64,000 bases of DNA from the human T2T-CHM13v2.0 reference genome, Homo sapiens: the NCBI RefSeq assembly GCF_009914755.1, contig NC_060936.1; one strand, 5' to 3'. The notes under the pieces are model-generated. The model was not told where the DNA came from and searched no databases. It saw only the letters and a list, made by a program, of their open reading frames with translations. A program made the position numbers and the translations under genes. Numbering within the stretch: the stretch's first letter is position 1; every line of letters starts with the position of its first letter. Positions 1 to 20,458 of the stretch are shown one piece after another.

Positions 1-2
1 CC

Positions 3-444
<442 letters not shown>

Positions 445-716
445 CTGAACCTGATGTATTTAACAAACAAAAATGTGTTCCATCTTACCAGTGATTAGGG
501 AAATACAAATGTAAACAAGTTAGCCCTTTTTGCCTATCAGCTCAGCAAGAATGAAGACAGCTACTAAGATCCAGCACTGACCAGGGTTGACAAGGGGCAC
601 TTTCCACCCTTCAGTGGGACTGGATTAAATGACTCCAGCTTCTTTGAAAAGCAGGTTGGCAGTACCTATGAAAATTCTCAGTGCATACACCCTGTAAGCC
701 AGTAACCCCACTTCTA

Positions 717-1130
<414 letters not shown>

Positions 1131-1575
1131 TCAGTGCACCATGTGGTGCCTTCAAGCACAGAAAGCCCACCGCACTCAGATGAACCACAAAGGCCTGCAT
1201 GTGGAGCGCAGAAAGAAATCAGAAAGACACACGCTGACCACAGGCTGCCAGGGAGGCATAGGGGGCAGGAGCAGGGACTGTGTCCCGGGTGGCACCATAG
1301 ACGCTGTTATGGGAACCTTCCTGTTTGGACCATGGGTGGGAAAATGATGGGCCAGCCAAAGGGTTTTCGTGAGCAGGTGCATTAGACAGACCACAGAGGC
1401 TTCTGACAGAAGCGCCACAAGGTCCTAAGCCCCACTCCATCTTCTTCCCTCCTCTGGCAACCAGAATGAGACAGTTCCCAACATCAGGCAGAGGCAACTC
1501 TGTTTGGTGCCAGGGAGGGGATGTCAACAAACAAACAAAAACGACACCCCAGCAGCACTGCAGGGGAGGACTCAC

Positions 1576-1626
1576 CTGAGAAAGTGTTGTCTGCAAAACG
1601 CAACAGTAAACTGCTCTTGCCCACAC
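1576..1626 (-). CDS. RAB35: RAB35 coding exon 2 (51 nt; (G)VGKSSLLLRFADNTFS)
   Basis: cag/gtgag boundaries; completes the P-loop GDSGVGKS with exon 1. Confidence 0.97.
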
Positions 1627-2137
1627 CTGCAAGAGAGAAAGCACTGCGATGAGGGGGGCAGGTGGGTCCCCTCCCCGCAGCCCCAGCCCTTCTTCCGGGA
1701 GAGGATGCCTCAGTCCCAACTCTTAAGAAGCTCGGTGGGACCCAGCTCACTTCTCAATGCTCTTTCCACCTCCCTGAGCGGCCACACACCAAGAACATCT
1801 CTTCCACTCGATCCCTGACCTTTTCCTTCGTCCTTGTGTAAGACAAGCTGCTCCCAAATCCCCTGGGGGAGAGATGAGAAAGGGACTGGTGCCCAGGCCC
1901 TAGGCTGAGGGCTGGCCCAAAGGGAGATGCCAGACGACAAAGCAGAATGAAGGTCAACCACACGAAACGGCCCCCAAGTGCGTCTACAACATGGTCCCTA
2001 GAAAAGTGCACAGCACGTTGTAGCACATCAGTTAGGGAGCCGCCCAAAATGAAGAGCTGTAGAGCGGGAAAGGACCCTTGAGATCATCAGGGCTATTTTG
2101 CAGGTGAGGAAACCAAGGCCCACATAGCTAGAACTCA

Positions 2138-2960
<823 letters not shown>

Positions 2961-3448
2961 GACCTCTCCCCTTGACTTCAACTCACAGTGCTTTCAGCCT
3001 GCCAAGTACACCTGTTCCATGTCCTCCTATCCTGTCCCCAATCTCCAACACCCCTGAGGCCAGCCAAGTTAATTGACCACAAAGAATTCACATGCATCGG
3101 GCTGTGTGTGTGGTGAGCCCTTGGATGCCTCTTTGATTATAATTCTGGCCACATCTCTTGAGATGAGGAACCTCAGGCCCAGAGTGGCCGGCCTAAGTGC
3201 CTCTGTGAGCAGCAGTAAAGCTGAGATCTGCATCCAGGCCGGACTCCTCCAGAGTGCTAACACTCCTCCCAATACACATTGCTGGGAGTCTTGCGTCTGG
3301 TTCAGGAAGTTTGGAAAAAATGACCTGTGGGGGCTCCAACATCTCACTCCTGTTAGATTTTTAATGAAAATGCCACGAAAGCTATGAAACCCCCTGAAAC
3401 AAAGTGCAGATTTGAGCCTAGGTGTCTGTTCATGGGAGAAGCCCACAG

Positions 3449-3479
<31 letters not shown>

Positions 3480-4574
3480 GGAGAGATAGGGCCTTACTCT
3501 GTCTCTCAGGCTGGAGGGCAGTGGTGCGATCATAACTCACTCTAACCTTGAAATCCCCAAGTACTACAGGTGTTCGCCACCACACCCAGCAAACTCTTTA
3601 AAAATTTTTTGTAGAGATGGCCTCTCACTATATTGCCCAGGCTGGTCTCAAACTCCTGGCCTCAAGCAATCTGCCCGCTTCTGCCTCCCAAGGTGCTGGG
3701 CTAACAGGCCTGAGCCACTGCATTTGGCTCCACAATTTTAATAGATTCTCAAGAAGGGCACTGCCTCCACCTGCACTCTACCAAGTAACCAAAGCGGAAA
3801 ACCACTGTCGCAGTTGTATTTCCCTAAGCCTAACCCCAGCATCCTCTCTGGGCAATCCTCTAAAGATCTCTTCTGGGAGCTTCTCCTGGTGAGTGAGCTG
3901 CCCCACGATGCCCAGAAGAACTTGTTTCACTGAGTAAGCCTGGGTCCTACTTTCCTAAAGACAGGCCAGGGTGAGGCTCTCCTGGGCAGGCAGACGCTGC
4001 TCAGCCTGGGCCTGCAGGGCTCATGCTCAGGGCCACTTCCTCCTTGCTCCGCCGTGAGGCTTCCTGCTGAGCTCAAGGAGAGCCCGAGTCCCGGGTTGGG
4101 TCCTTCACGGCGCTGTGCCCAACACCAGCACCCCACTGGCCTCGCCGCCTCCTCTGCTTCCTCCTGGAGCCTTCTGGGTCCAGCTTACTCAGCTAAAAGC
4201 TTGAGTCTGGGAGTTCCTCTAGGACAGAGCCCTCGCCTCACCCGCCCTGTGCATTCACAGTGCTGTAAGCCAGGCCCAGCACTTAGTAGGTGCCAACCAA
4301 ACACTGCTTAATGAATTTCTGCCTAAACGAACGCCCGCCACACTGACAGCTCTGCTATCCAGCGCTCCCACTGCAGCACAGCAGGCGCCTAAGCAGGGGT
4401 TTCCAAACTTCTGCAGGGCAGCAGAATCCTTTTCTTCATCCAAGCTTTACCCAAATCCCATGTGTAAAACAGCTCTCTCTGCAATGACACAGCAGTATCC
4501 CCTCCAGCTTGGCCTCTCCAGGTCCCCATACTGTCCCCAGGCGTCTCGGCAGAGCAGTTAAAAGCCACTAGGCT

Positions 4575-4983
<409 letters not shown>

Positions 4984-5157
4984 CTACCTCCTAAATATCC
5001 CTGGAAGAGGCTTCCTCGGAAACACAAGCTGCAGCCATTACCCCACACCATCAGTGTCAGGGCAGGAGCAGAGGGCACCCACCAACCTTCACCACAGCCA
5101 CCCCCGAGGCTGCCCAAGGGCACATCAGCATGACCCCAACCAGTCCAGCCTGTCATT

Positions 5158-6475
<1,318 letters not shown>

Positions 6476-6697
6476 AAACTACTGCCCCCAGCCATGTTCT
6501 CAATTTTAAACCTGCCTCAGCCACCACCTCACTGTATAACCTCACACAAGTCACGCCCCCTCTCTGAGCCTCAATTTACTCATCTGTCAAGTGAAGGGCT
6601 AACTCCATCTCCAAATGAGGATGGCTGGCCTGAGGGATGCAGACGACATGCTGTTACAAATCAAAGCCAGTGTCAGAGAGTATAAGGGAAAGTATAG

Positions 6698-7134
<437 letters not shown>

Positions 7135-7275
7135 TCATGGAGGGCCTATTGTTTGCCAGCCCTGACATGAGCTGCTCGCACACGTATTAGCACTGAGATG
7201 CAGTGGCTCCCGGCTTTGCCCCTGCTGAGCTATGTGATTTGGGGCAAGTAAGTCACCTCCTCTGAGCCTCAGTTT

Positions 7276-7568
<293 letters not shown>

Positions 7569-8799
7569 TAAGCCTTAGTTTCCTTATTTGACAAATCACA
7601 CAGGGGGCGGGTGAGAATAAGCGTCTGTGAAATCGTTCAACATATCTTAAGGAGGCATTCACACAAGGAGCCCAGTTCAGGGGAGTGTGTAATGTCAGTC
7701 TCTGGGCTCAGCTGCCAAAGCTTAGTCTGGACTTCCATGGCTACCATCTCCCAGCTTTGAGGATCTCAATGTCGGGAGAAATCAAAGAGCACAGCATCCA
7801 TCTCCTCTGCACAACCTACGCCTACATGGCTGACCTAGGAGCTAGACCACATAAATCTCGACCCAATGAGTCTTCTCCCACACCTGACTTCGGAGAGAAA
7901 AATCAATTCATCACACAAAATGTACTGTGAGAAAGCGGGCCAAACCCATCCCCTGGGCTTTACAGAGGAGAAGAGCCAACAAGCTGCATCTTCCTGCTGA
8001 GTTTAGGCTTTTCACTGTTGGATATCAACGCAGAGGTCCAGATGTCTTGCAGAGGGATAAAGGCTCCTGACCACGGCGGGCTGTCACTCCAAAAAGAGAG
8101 AAATGGCCCCAGTGCCAGTCCCTCAGAACCCAGGCCAGGGCTGCAAGGAAATCATGTAAAGGAAGAAGCCTCAAGACCCTGAAGAATACCAAAGGCCATC
8201 TCCAAGAGAACACTCCAGAGCTTGCCTGGTTTCCCTTCATTCAAACCATAACCAGTCAGTACTCCACCTTTCTACCTCCTTCCCCAACCTCAGTTACTCT
8301 TCCATCTCCCTGGTTAGCCCCCAGCTTTCCCCCTTACCTCTCCCCTCCTCCAGCAACCACGGAAACCTCAGCCATCCTTCACCTGATCCAAACCACCAAC
8401 CACATCTCCATCCAGCTTTAAAAGGGAGGCCAAAACCACCCACTTCCCTGACCTAGCTCTGACATCGCTACCCAACACTCCTACATCCCAAGTCATACCG
8501 CTCACTTGATTTGATCCCCTTTCCTTAACAGTCCATGGGCTCTACCACCAGCCTGGCCTCTGCCTCCAATCATAAGACATCCCTCCCCACACTCAGCTCA
8601 GGTCTGGTCTACAAACTGAGCATGCTCCCAAGACTCTTTCATGAACATCATATAACCCCAGCACCTCAGTTTCGCTCCCATAAACCTTCTGGGGCCTGCC
8701 TTCCTGACCTCTTGGTCACTCCATAAACCTGCTCACCTGCCACACTCCAAACAGCTCTAAAACCCTCCACCTTTTCCCAGAAACCAGTCTACCTTTTCG

Positions 8800-9545
8800 A
8801 AGGACACTTAATATTCATTAATTCCTTCTGCAAATATGTCTTAAGCATGTACTGGGTGCCAGGCACTGTTCTAGGCACTGGAGCTAGAGCAGTGATCAGA
8901 GCTAGGAGCCCTCAAGCAGTGTGTGTGTGTGGCCAAAGCACTTTTATAATTTTGGCTGTCCCATCCCCAGGACCCCTCTGTATATAGTAGTGTAACAGCA
9001 AACAGTGACAACTCACTATGTGCCAGGAGCTGTGAGCAACACTGCAGAATCTCACTTAATACTCACATCAACCCCATAAGGCAGATCCAACTATCATTCC
9101 ATCTTACAGATGAGGAAACTGAACCACGCAGGGATATAATAATTCAGCAGGAATATGCCAGACCCTGTGCAAAGCCCTTTATCCGACTTACCTCATTTAA
9201 ACCTCACGGCAATCCCATGAGGCAGGTTCTGAGAACGTCCTCATTTTAGATGGGAAGAAACTGACGCTTATAAAGGATACTGATGATAATGACAATAGTG
9301 AACATTTACTTCGAGCTTACTTTACCGGGTAGGGCGCTACGCACTTTTCCTACTTTATCCCATCGAATCCTCACACCACCCAGCAAGGCACATCCCCACT
9401 TCTCAGATGAGGGAACTGAGGCTCAGGACGGCGAAGCAACTTGCCCAAGGTCAGCGCGAGGCAGGTGGTAGTCCTGAGACTCGAACCCACGTCTCTCCAA
9501 CTCCAGAGATCGCGCGACTTGACCAAGGTCACACGTGAGGCAGGA
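8800..9545. mobile_element. L2 fragment and several MIR fragments
   Basis: acagatgaggaaactga and acttgcccaaggtca MIR cores; L2 tail motif. Confidence 0.7.
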
Positions 9546-10720
9546 ACAGGCGCGATGACTGGACCCGGCGCGCTTGGCCCCTCCGCCCCGCGCCCCAACC
9601 TCCCCTCGGCGCGGTCCGGAGCCCCTCGGCGCACCCCTGGGGCCCAGACCGCCGGGCTGCCCCGCCCGCCCGCCCCGCACGGGCCGGCACCTCCCCGCCC
9701 GCCTGCCGCCCCGAGGCCCCCGCGGGCCGCGCCCGGCAGGGCCCGCGCCGCCTCCGGCCGCTGCGGCCCTCACCGCTGTCGCCGATGATGAGCAGCTTGA
9801 AGAGGTGGTCGTAGTCCCGGGCCATGGCGGGCGGGGGCGGTGCGCGCGGGCGGGCGGGGTCGGTACTGGCCTCGCGATCCGCAGCTCCCTTCGGGCTGCT
9901 CCGGCAGCGGCGGATCCACTTCCCGAACAAACAGCCGGAACTGACAGAAACACCTCCCTCCGCTCCCCCTCCTCCTCCTCAGCAGCCGCCGCCGCTACCA
10001 CCGCCTCCCTCCTTCCCGCCCCGCCCCACCACTGCGCAGGCGCAGCGTCTGGCACCGCCTTGCGCAGCCGCAGCCTGAGCCGGCCGCGCCCGGGCCGCGC
10101 ACGCGCCCTGACGGAGTCCCAGCAAGCGCGGGCCCGTCTTCCTCGCGTCTCCTCGGGGAGCGTCGTCGCCGCTACCCTGGGCGCTGAGAGCTTGCGGAGC
10201 CGAGCCGCTGTCGAGTCCCAGCGGAAAGAAGCCCAAGGTGCCGGAGAAGCCCGGTCGTGGACGTTGTTGCTCCCTCATCTTCGAGACCCGCACGCCCTGC
10301 GGAGAGGAAATGACAGGCACGCCGCGACCGTGGGGCGGGGCTCGCACGAGCTCCGGGTTTCCAGAGGCAGGGGCCGGGGCCGTAGAAGGCAGAGTCGCGC
10401 GGGGAAGGCCCGGTACCCCGCCCCTTCCGCACCGACCCCTCCCCCGCGGAGCTGGCCCCGGCCCCGGGCCTGTGGAGTGGACGCCGAGGGCGGCGGGCGG
10501 CTTCCGAGTTGGACAGAACGGGAGCTGCCGGCGGGAGCAGAGCTGCGAGGAGGTGGCCTTTGAGGGCAGCGCGGGGTCGAAATCCCATCCCAGCGCTGTG
10601 ACCTCTTGGAGCCCACATTGCCTCTTTGGTGGAGGGGAGGGAGTGGTCCAGCTCCGAGCCGAGCCTGGGAGCTGAATGACCCAGTGTGCAAGGCGCACCT
10701 CGGAGACCGAAAGCAACCGC
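9430..10720. promoter_or_regulatory. RAB35: CpG island: RAB35 promoter, 5'UTR and start of intron 1
   Basis: Very GC/CpG-rich; GC boxes at ~10015-10027; NRF1-type TGCGCAGGCGCA at 10033-10044; no obvious TATA box; TSS not exactly determinable (~10000). Confidence 0.9.
9774..9825 (-). CDS. RAB35: RAB35 coding exon 1 (52 nt; MARDYDHLFKLLIIGDS)
   Basis: GCCATGG Kozak ATG at 9823-9825; N-terminus matches RAB35; donor G|gtgagg. Confidence 0.97.
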
Positions 10721-10912
10721 TCCCCCGGCTTCAATTTCACACCACCTGCAGATACACGTCTCAGAATCTGCGGCTAGGAAGACCTGGGCCGCCAGAAGCT
10801 AAACGTGTGCATTTTGTCATCAGCCCCGGTTTCTCGTTTTAGAGTGAGTTCCCACCTGCCCTACCTAAACTGACCTGAAACGGAAAGTTGTATGCCCCCA
10901 CGACCATCCTCA

Positions 10913-11182
<270 letters not shown>

Positions 11183-12298
11183 TTAAAATTATGTGCAGAA
11201 GTTTACTGAAAAGTACAAGTTACTATTTTTCCTTCTGAAGCACTCCTCACAGGTAACCCCTGTTAGTTTCACAGGTAACCTTAAAATGCTTAACACATAT
11301 TTGTTGAATGAATAAGTGCCCCCCAGTGAATTTCCTTTGCCTGTACAAACATATATGTACATACCTTGCTTTTTCTATTTAACAGTACACTTTTATCATT
11401 TAACATCTGCGTGGTATGGTACTCCATCCGATAACCATCGGATGTACTATTATTTAACCACTCCGCTATTAATAGACATTCATGCTGTTTATATTTTTTG
11501 GTTATAATAAACATTGTTGCAGGCGGGATCATTGAACAACACATGGAGTGTCTGACTCAAGCCTTGAGTTGTTTTTCCGGGAGCTGAGAATCAGTGTGGT
11601 GATATCGAAATAACATGAGCTTGGAATCTGAAGGTACTGGCTAGGGAGAAGAGCTGCTCATGTGCTCCCGATAGAAAGTCCCCCTTGGTCGGGAAGGTTA
11701 GGGCCATCCTCTGACTCAGCAGTTTTAGGAAATAGAGGGGGAGAAGGAAGGTATGTACCTTCCTTCCACCAGGGAGGCACGCCCAGCCCTAACCAGCCAG
11801 CGAGGCAGTAGGTCCTCCTAGCTCATCTTCACAACCTGGGCTGGTGTCGGGAAGACTTTCGTTCCAATGCTAGCTTTGGAATCCTGGCCTCCATCCCTTA
11901 AAAGCTTTGTGATCTTAGGTAAGTCACATCACACTATCTCAAAGCCCCCGTTTCCTCACAGAATGGTTGTTTTAGAGTTATGTTTGTAAATTACCTGGCA
12001 CATGTAGGCATGTGACAGACTGTAACCAATGTTACTCAAGGTCATTTTGCACTGATTCATACTTTGAGCCATTTCCTACTGTAGACTCTAGCACACATTT
12101 TCAAGGCAGCTTCCTGATAATAAGGCTGTAGGATATTTTTGGGAAATAAATCCAAATTGGCCATTAAAACCAGATTCCTGACTTTGCCTGCATGTGTCAT
12201 CTGGAAAGCAATCGGCATAAATTCCTTCATTTCTTTGGTAACTATTTAATGAGTGTTTATGTGCCACGGATTGCAGAGGTTATAAGAAGAGAGCCTTA

Positions 12299-12592
12299 GG
12301 CCGGGCGCTGTGGCTCACACCCATAATCCCAGCACTTTGGGAGGCTGAGGCGGGAGGATCACGAGGTCAGGAGTTCAAGACCAGCCTGGCCAAGATGGTG
12401 AAACCCCATCTCTACTAAAAATAAAAAAAATTAGCCGGGCACGATGGCAGGCGCCGGTAATCCCAGCTACTCGGGAGGCTAAGGCAGGAGAATCGCTTGA
12501 ACCCGGGTGGCAGAGGTTGCCGAGATTGCACCACTGCACTCCAGCCTAGGCGACAGAGCAAGACTCCGTCTTAAAAAAAAAAAAAAAAAAAA
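12299..12592 (+). mobile_element. Alu SINE
   Basis: TSD agagcctt. Confidence 0.92.
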
Positions 12593-13397
12593 AGGAACAG
12601 AGCCTTTTCTCACCAGTTCACAGCCTCATCAGAGTTAAGACATACTCATGAGGAAATTGAAAGTATAAGACAATACAGTAGATAGAAAAGCTGTCAGATA
12701 TGCAGTCTAGACTTCAGAGGAGGAAAGCTATAGCTTTTAGTTAGAATGATGGGGAGAAGATTTTATCATAAAGATGTCATGATGGCACTGGAATAGGAGA
12801 GCTTTGAGTGTCTATTTAGACAGTCCCTGTCACAGTCTATGAGAATCATCATTTGGCTTGGAGGGGAATTCCCTGCAGGCCAGGGTATGTGCCTGGCATC
12901 TCAAAATGAATCAGCACATTTTCTTCTGGAAACATTGTTAGACATTTATTTAAACTACAGTTCAGTGATGAGTTATGTTAAGCTTTCTTTCTCCTTCTCA
13001 CTGTATACATATGTAAACTTGTGTGACCTAAAGGATCAGTGTGTCCAGTAATGGGAAACTTTGTTCCACTGCTCTGAACAGCTAACTTACAGATGAACTT
13101 TTGCAACACCACCTGTTTGCACATTAGAAACTATTAATACGATGAGGAGGCATTGAAAGTTTTTGAGCAAAGAGGCAATCTCAAAATATTTTAGTGAAGT
13201 AATCTGGCAGGGTGCAGGATGGATTTCAGCTGCAGAGCTTTAAAGGTTATTGCTGAAGCCTGGGTGTAAGGTAACAGCAGGGACAGATGCAAAAGACAAT
13301 AAGCAAACTTATAAACTAGACAAAGCAGCTTCCAAAAAAAAAAATCACGTAATTTACCTGGTAACTGGATTCATCCTTAATTCAGTAAATATTAAGT

Positions 13398-13717
<320 letters not shown>

Positions 13718-14926
13718 TTAGGCACTGTAGTGGGCACAGAGGCTAGAACATGAACAAAACAAAGCTCCTGTCCTCACGGAGTTTACAGTTTAGTGGGGAA
13801 CAAGTCATTCACTCATTCAACAAATACTTGAGGGCCTACTATGCCAGACATTGATCTACGAGCTGAGGATTCAGCAGTAAGTAAAATTTTAAAATCCCAG
13901 CTTTCATAGAGCTTATATTCTGATAGAGAATACAGGCACCAAGTATGTCCAAGGAGAAAAGTAAAGCAGGGAGCACGCTGAGGTTTGCAGAAGCAGGCAG
14001 TGGAGCCACAGAGGTGGCAGGAAGTTTGGCAGTGGATGACAAGAGAAACAATGCTTGGTGGTGAGAGCAGTGGGGCTCATGAAGTATTTTTCAGGATAGT
14101 GGAAGCAGAGGATTAGCAGCCAGGAAATAATAAGGAGTGAATATTTGGAGGGAAGATGAGCTAAGGGCGCTTCAAAGAGCTTTGGGAAGTAAAGTGTCAC
14201 CAACCAGAAGGCTAAGTGGGTAAAGGAGAGGGGGACCTCAGGCCCTCAAGGGTAGCAGTGTCAGGGATGAAGATCAGTGCAGTGGAGGTTGGAGGGACCT
14301 GTGAAATCCATTATTTCAGACAGCAACATGGACTTCAAAGCTGCTGAGTGCTAGGTAGCAAGGGAGGGAACGTGTGCTGTGATCATCCAGGAAGGAAGCA
14401 GTGGGTGGTGAATCAGAACTCAGAGAAGGCAGGTAAACTGACCGACAGGGACTTTAAATTAGGAGCAAGATGGGGACCACTCAGCATACTGGTCCAAGAG
14501 GGAAGGAAGAGAGGATATGATATGATGCCTGGTGTCTCCCTCTGATGGAAGTGGAAACGGGCCCTTTCTCCCACACCTGCAAGCCTGATGCCACACCAAG
14601 AGACTTGGCAGTGGGCCTTGCCCTGCCCTGATGTAGCCCCCAGAAATCAAGTGAATGTAAGTTCCATGATTCCAGGGACCATCTCTTTATCTGTATCCTC
14701 TGGAGACCCAGTGCCTGGTAGGTGCTTGATACCTGTTGAATTAAAGTGAAGCCACACACACAGTGTGAGAGTTGGACAGAATGTCAGATACAATTAGTTG
14801 AACCCTCTCTTGAGTTCACTTTTTGGGGTGTGGGCCAAACTTGGGGTCTAACTCAGGGTCAGCTTCTTCCCCTGACTCCAAACCGTTTAGCAGGAATTTT
14901 CTCACTCAACCTTTATATTATTAAAT

Positions 14927-16500
<1,574 letters not shown>

Positions 16501-17924
16501 CAGTACCCTGCATGTAAATAAATAAGGAGTCTTGAGGGCAAAATATTTGCGAAATGCTAGATTGAATCCTGCACCCCAGCTTCCTAGCTCCCTTTTTTGT
16601 GGGAACCCAAGTGGTAAGAAAGATCTAATGTAAATACATTCAAAACCCACAGCTTTCTCTTGTGGGACTGCGGGGCACAGCCCTGAGGAATTATCATGCA
16701 CTAATTGTCCCTGTGACCAGGCCGCCATCTCACTAGAGAAATAGCTCACAGGAGGGAACCTGACAGGGACTGGGGTATCCATTCAGGCACAATCAGGAAG
16801 GTCTCACCTAGAAATCCCTCTGAGGCAATCATCCCTCAGACCAGTTTTTCCAGTGTCTTGAGCTGTGTTGACATCAACACTCCCCTTCCCCTGGGGCAGG
16901 CAGCAGGGACCCTTCCTAACAGAACCTAGGGGCAACTCAGAGCCACCCTGTGAAATAACTGGGCTCCATCTCTTAAAAAGTGAAACCCAGTCACAGGCCA
17001 AGAACGTGGGTTTCACTTTTGTTACATTCACCTTCCAAATTATTTTTGTAGAATGCCCCTGGGGCTTGGTGAGCGGAGAATCAAGAAATATGGGTTTTTT
17101 CCCAGTTCTGCCAATGTGACCTCAGAGATGCTCCTTGCCACCTGTACCTCAACTTTACTCTTCATAAAATAAAGACCACGTCCTGCCGGCCTCTCTCTCT
17201 CACGACGGTGGGAAGCACCGATCTAAGTGGTGGTAATGTGCCTTCCTGCCCATGCACAGTGGAGACCATCTGTGTGCTGATGTATGTACACTCAGCATTT
17301 TGGAGAATCAAACATAGTCATCATCATCATTTCTCAAAATCAATCTCATTCCCCATCATCCTTGTTTCACTGTCACCATCCATGTATCCAGAACCTCCTA
17401 TGTGTGCCTGGCTCTGTGCAAAGTGCATTATGTCATTCAACACAGATGACAACACGGTGAGACTGCGCTGTCAAGGTGAGGGGATGCACTCAGAGAGGTT
17501 AAGGAACATGGTCTAGATCACACAGCTTAGTATTAAGCAGTGAAATTAAGGTTCTAACCTGTCCTGGAAGTCCCTGTGGCTCCACTATCCTGCACTAGAA
17601 CTTTAAAGCGGTATCTACATTTCCTTCACAATATTTTAGAACTTAGACCTTTTAAGTTAGATTGGTTCCTCTTTTTCCTTATTGAAGCAATCTGAGACAC
17701 ATCCACAGAGCCATACATTGAGGAAAAACATTCCTAACTGCCAATTGTGTTTCAAAATCTGTCAAATAATGTCTCCAATCCCTGCACCCAAAACTGTCAA
17801 ATCTGCAGCCTCCCTGCCACTCTCCCAAGTCCTCCCGCATCACAGTGTTGGACAAAGAGAATGTACCTGAAGGTCTGGTTCCTTGAAGGGTTGCGTGAAC
17901 CATGTTTTAACAATACCCCCCCAC

Positions 17925-18169
17925 CTTTTTTTTTTTTTTTTTTTTTTTTTTTTGAGACGGAGTCTCGCTCTGTCGCCAGGCTGGAGTGCAGTAGCACAAT
18001 CTTGGCTCACTGCAACCTCCGCCTCCTGCCCCAGCCTCCTGAGTAGCTGGGACTACAGGCACCCATCACCAAGCCCGGCTAATTTTTGTATTTTTAGTAG
18101 AGACAGGGTTTCACCATGTTGGCCAGGCTGGTCTTGCTCCTGACCTGAGGTGATCCGCCCGCCTCGGCC
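17925..18169 (-). mobile_element. Truncated Alu
   Basis: TSD aatacccccaccttt. Confidence 0.9.
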
Positions 18170-20458
18170 TAATACCCCCACCTTTTAAAAATAATCTTGC
18201 TGCCCATGATTCCTGAGGCTCCCAGAGTTAGGTGAAGGTTTGGGAATGCTCAGTTTAGAACTTTTTCAGTTTTCTCTGGATAAGGGAATATGACTTTGTC
18301 ATTGACTTTCAGACACAAGAAGAGAAAGAGGGACAGTCTCCCCTGGAGGATCACTGCGAGTCTTTGAGAATAATCCGCTTTCTCTGAAGACTTTCCCAGC
18401 CAGTGTCCTGTTAAGTGGAGTGAGGTCCTCCTCCCCACAGCCTGCAGAGCAGCTGGGTAGGGTCTGGAGGGGGTGGCATCCCTGGGCAAGGCGGCTGGAG
18501 CTGTTCACTTAGTGTGCTATACACGTACTAATTTCCTGTATATACCTGGATGGAAAAGTTCTGGAGGCTCTAAAGAATGAAAAATGCTGATGGCTAACTA
18601 GCCGGCATAGGAGAAGTTAAGAGAAAGGCTAAAAACAGAGGTCTGGGGACAGGCTGCCATTTACTAGCCATATGACCCTGGGCGAGTGGCCTCTCTGTGC
18701 CTCAGTTTCCTCCTCTAGAAAATAGTATTGAGAACCCGCTTCATAGAACTGTTAAGAGGACTAAATGAAATGATAGCAAATGTCATCTGTTGTAAGTACC
18801 ATTAACCTAGAGAGTACCACCACCTACAGAATAACTTTGAGAATAAATTTTTAGAGCTTCTCTTCCAAATTCTTCATTGTACATAAGAGGAAACCGGCCC
18901 AGGGAGGTCAGATGACTTGCCCAAGGTGAAACAGCTCTACCAGCCTCCAGGACAAACAGCTTTTGCTTCTCTGCTGCTAACCTCAATGTCCCCAGGGTGC
19001 TTGGTCTGGGCTGCTGTTCTCAGGACTGCTAGGACTTTGGGGTGACAAGGTCCTTTCTGTGGGCTCCCCTGGCATGTCCATGACAGCCCTTCATGGCTCA
19101 CTTCCTGGGAGCTCACACCCTCCTTCCAGACTCAGAGAATGCAACTCAATATGCTCTGGGAGCCTTCGAGTCATCCCCGTCTGTCAGTCAAGCTCCATCC
19201 ATTCCGAACAGAGAGCTCATCCTCCTCCAGTTTCTGGAACTGGTATCTGGTGTTTTTCCTTTGGATTTTGCTTAATGAGTGTCTGATACCTCTAAGTACG
19301 TCAGGTTCCCCTCCCAGTTGCAGAAGGGGGGCTAAAAGCCACAGGTGGATATCAGCATCTGATCCAAGACCCTGGAGGAAACAGTGAAGATGGTCTCACA
19401 GCTTAACAGGTTTCCCAGCTCATGCCCCTCAACAGAAACTTTTCCCGTATCTCCCCATAGCTGACTGGTGGTGGAGAACACATTTGCAGACAGCCTGATG
19501 GACACATGCCCTTGGCAGTTGGGAGGATGCTGATGACCATCCGAATTCCAGAGGCAGAGAACAGTTACCATGGCTACCAAAAGTTGTAGCCATTGGCTGT
19601 TCTGGCTACAAGGACTCAGCTGACCTCTCAAGGTCCCTTCCAGCCCTGGGATTCTACAGTTACCTCAAGCCAGCTGACACCATGTCTGCTGCAAGAAAAT
19701 AGGGCTCATGAGAAGTGCCTCAGAGGTCACCTTGCCTTATTCATTGGAAGTGTTGAGTCACAGGCCTACTTTCCACCTTGGCTGCATTATTAATAACCAA
19801 AGTCTTGCTTTTTTTGGCATAGCATTTTTATACCTTTTATAAAGTGAGTTTGCCACTACCACTTTTTCTCTTCCTTTTACAGCTCAGGCCAGTAATTTTG
19901 ACAGAGGTTTGTCCTGTATTGTGGCCAGGGAGCAGCCCAGAAAAACTTGCGTCACTAGGCCCAGTGGGGTGTGCTCCATCAGACAGAATGTGTGTGTCAC
20001 GAGCCTTCTAAGAATCAGGAGGAAGGAAGTCATTCATAAAGGAGGCAGATGCTGAAATGCAACTTTGGCTTCCTCTTCCAAGTCCTTCAACTATAGGAAT
20101 GTGGCCCTTTCTTATTCACAGAGGGGCTGGATTTCTCTTTACAACCTGAGTACCAGAAGCTCCCTACCTTTCCAAGTCAGAACAGAACAGGAAAGTGGCT
20201 AATTCGACCTTTGCATTCTCCACACTGGGGGAGATCACAGGCCAGGCTGCACACCTCTCAAAACCCAACCTCAGGACAGACGTCTACAGGGAATGCTAAG
20301 ACTTTCGAAAGCAGGAGAGAGATATGTCCAGAAATCAGAGAACTGTGAATACTTACAAAAACAGGTGCAAACCTTTCCTTATTCCTGATGCAGGAAGCTT
20401 CATGTTTAATGGGTGGAGATTTTTAAAAATCTGTTTATATCAAGATTAAATCAAAGCC

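Noticed and set aside
9423-10740. Long overlapping ORFs up to 329 aa on both strands
   Set aside because: Stop-codon scarcity in the CpG island; low-complexity Arg/Pro/Ala/Gly content; only 9774-9825 is RAB35 coding
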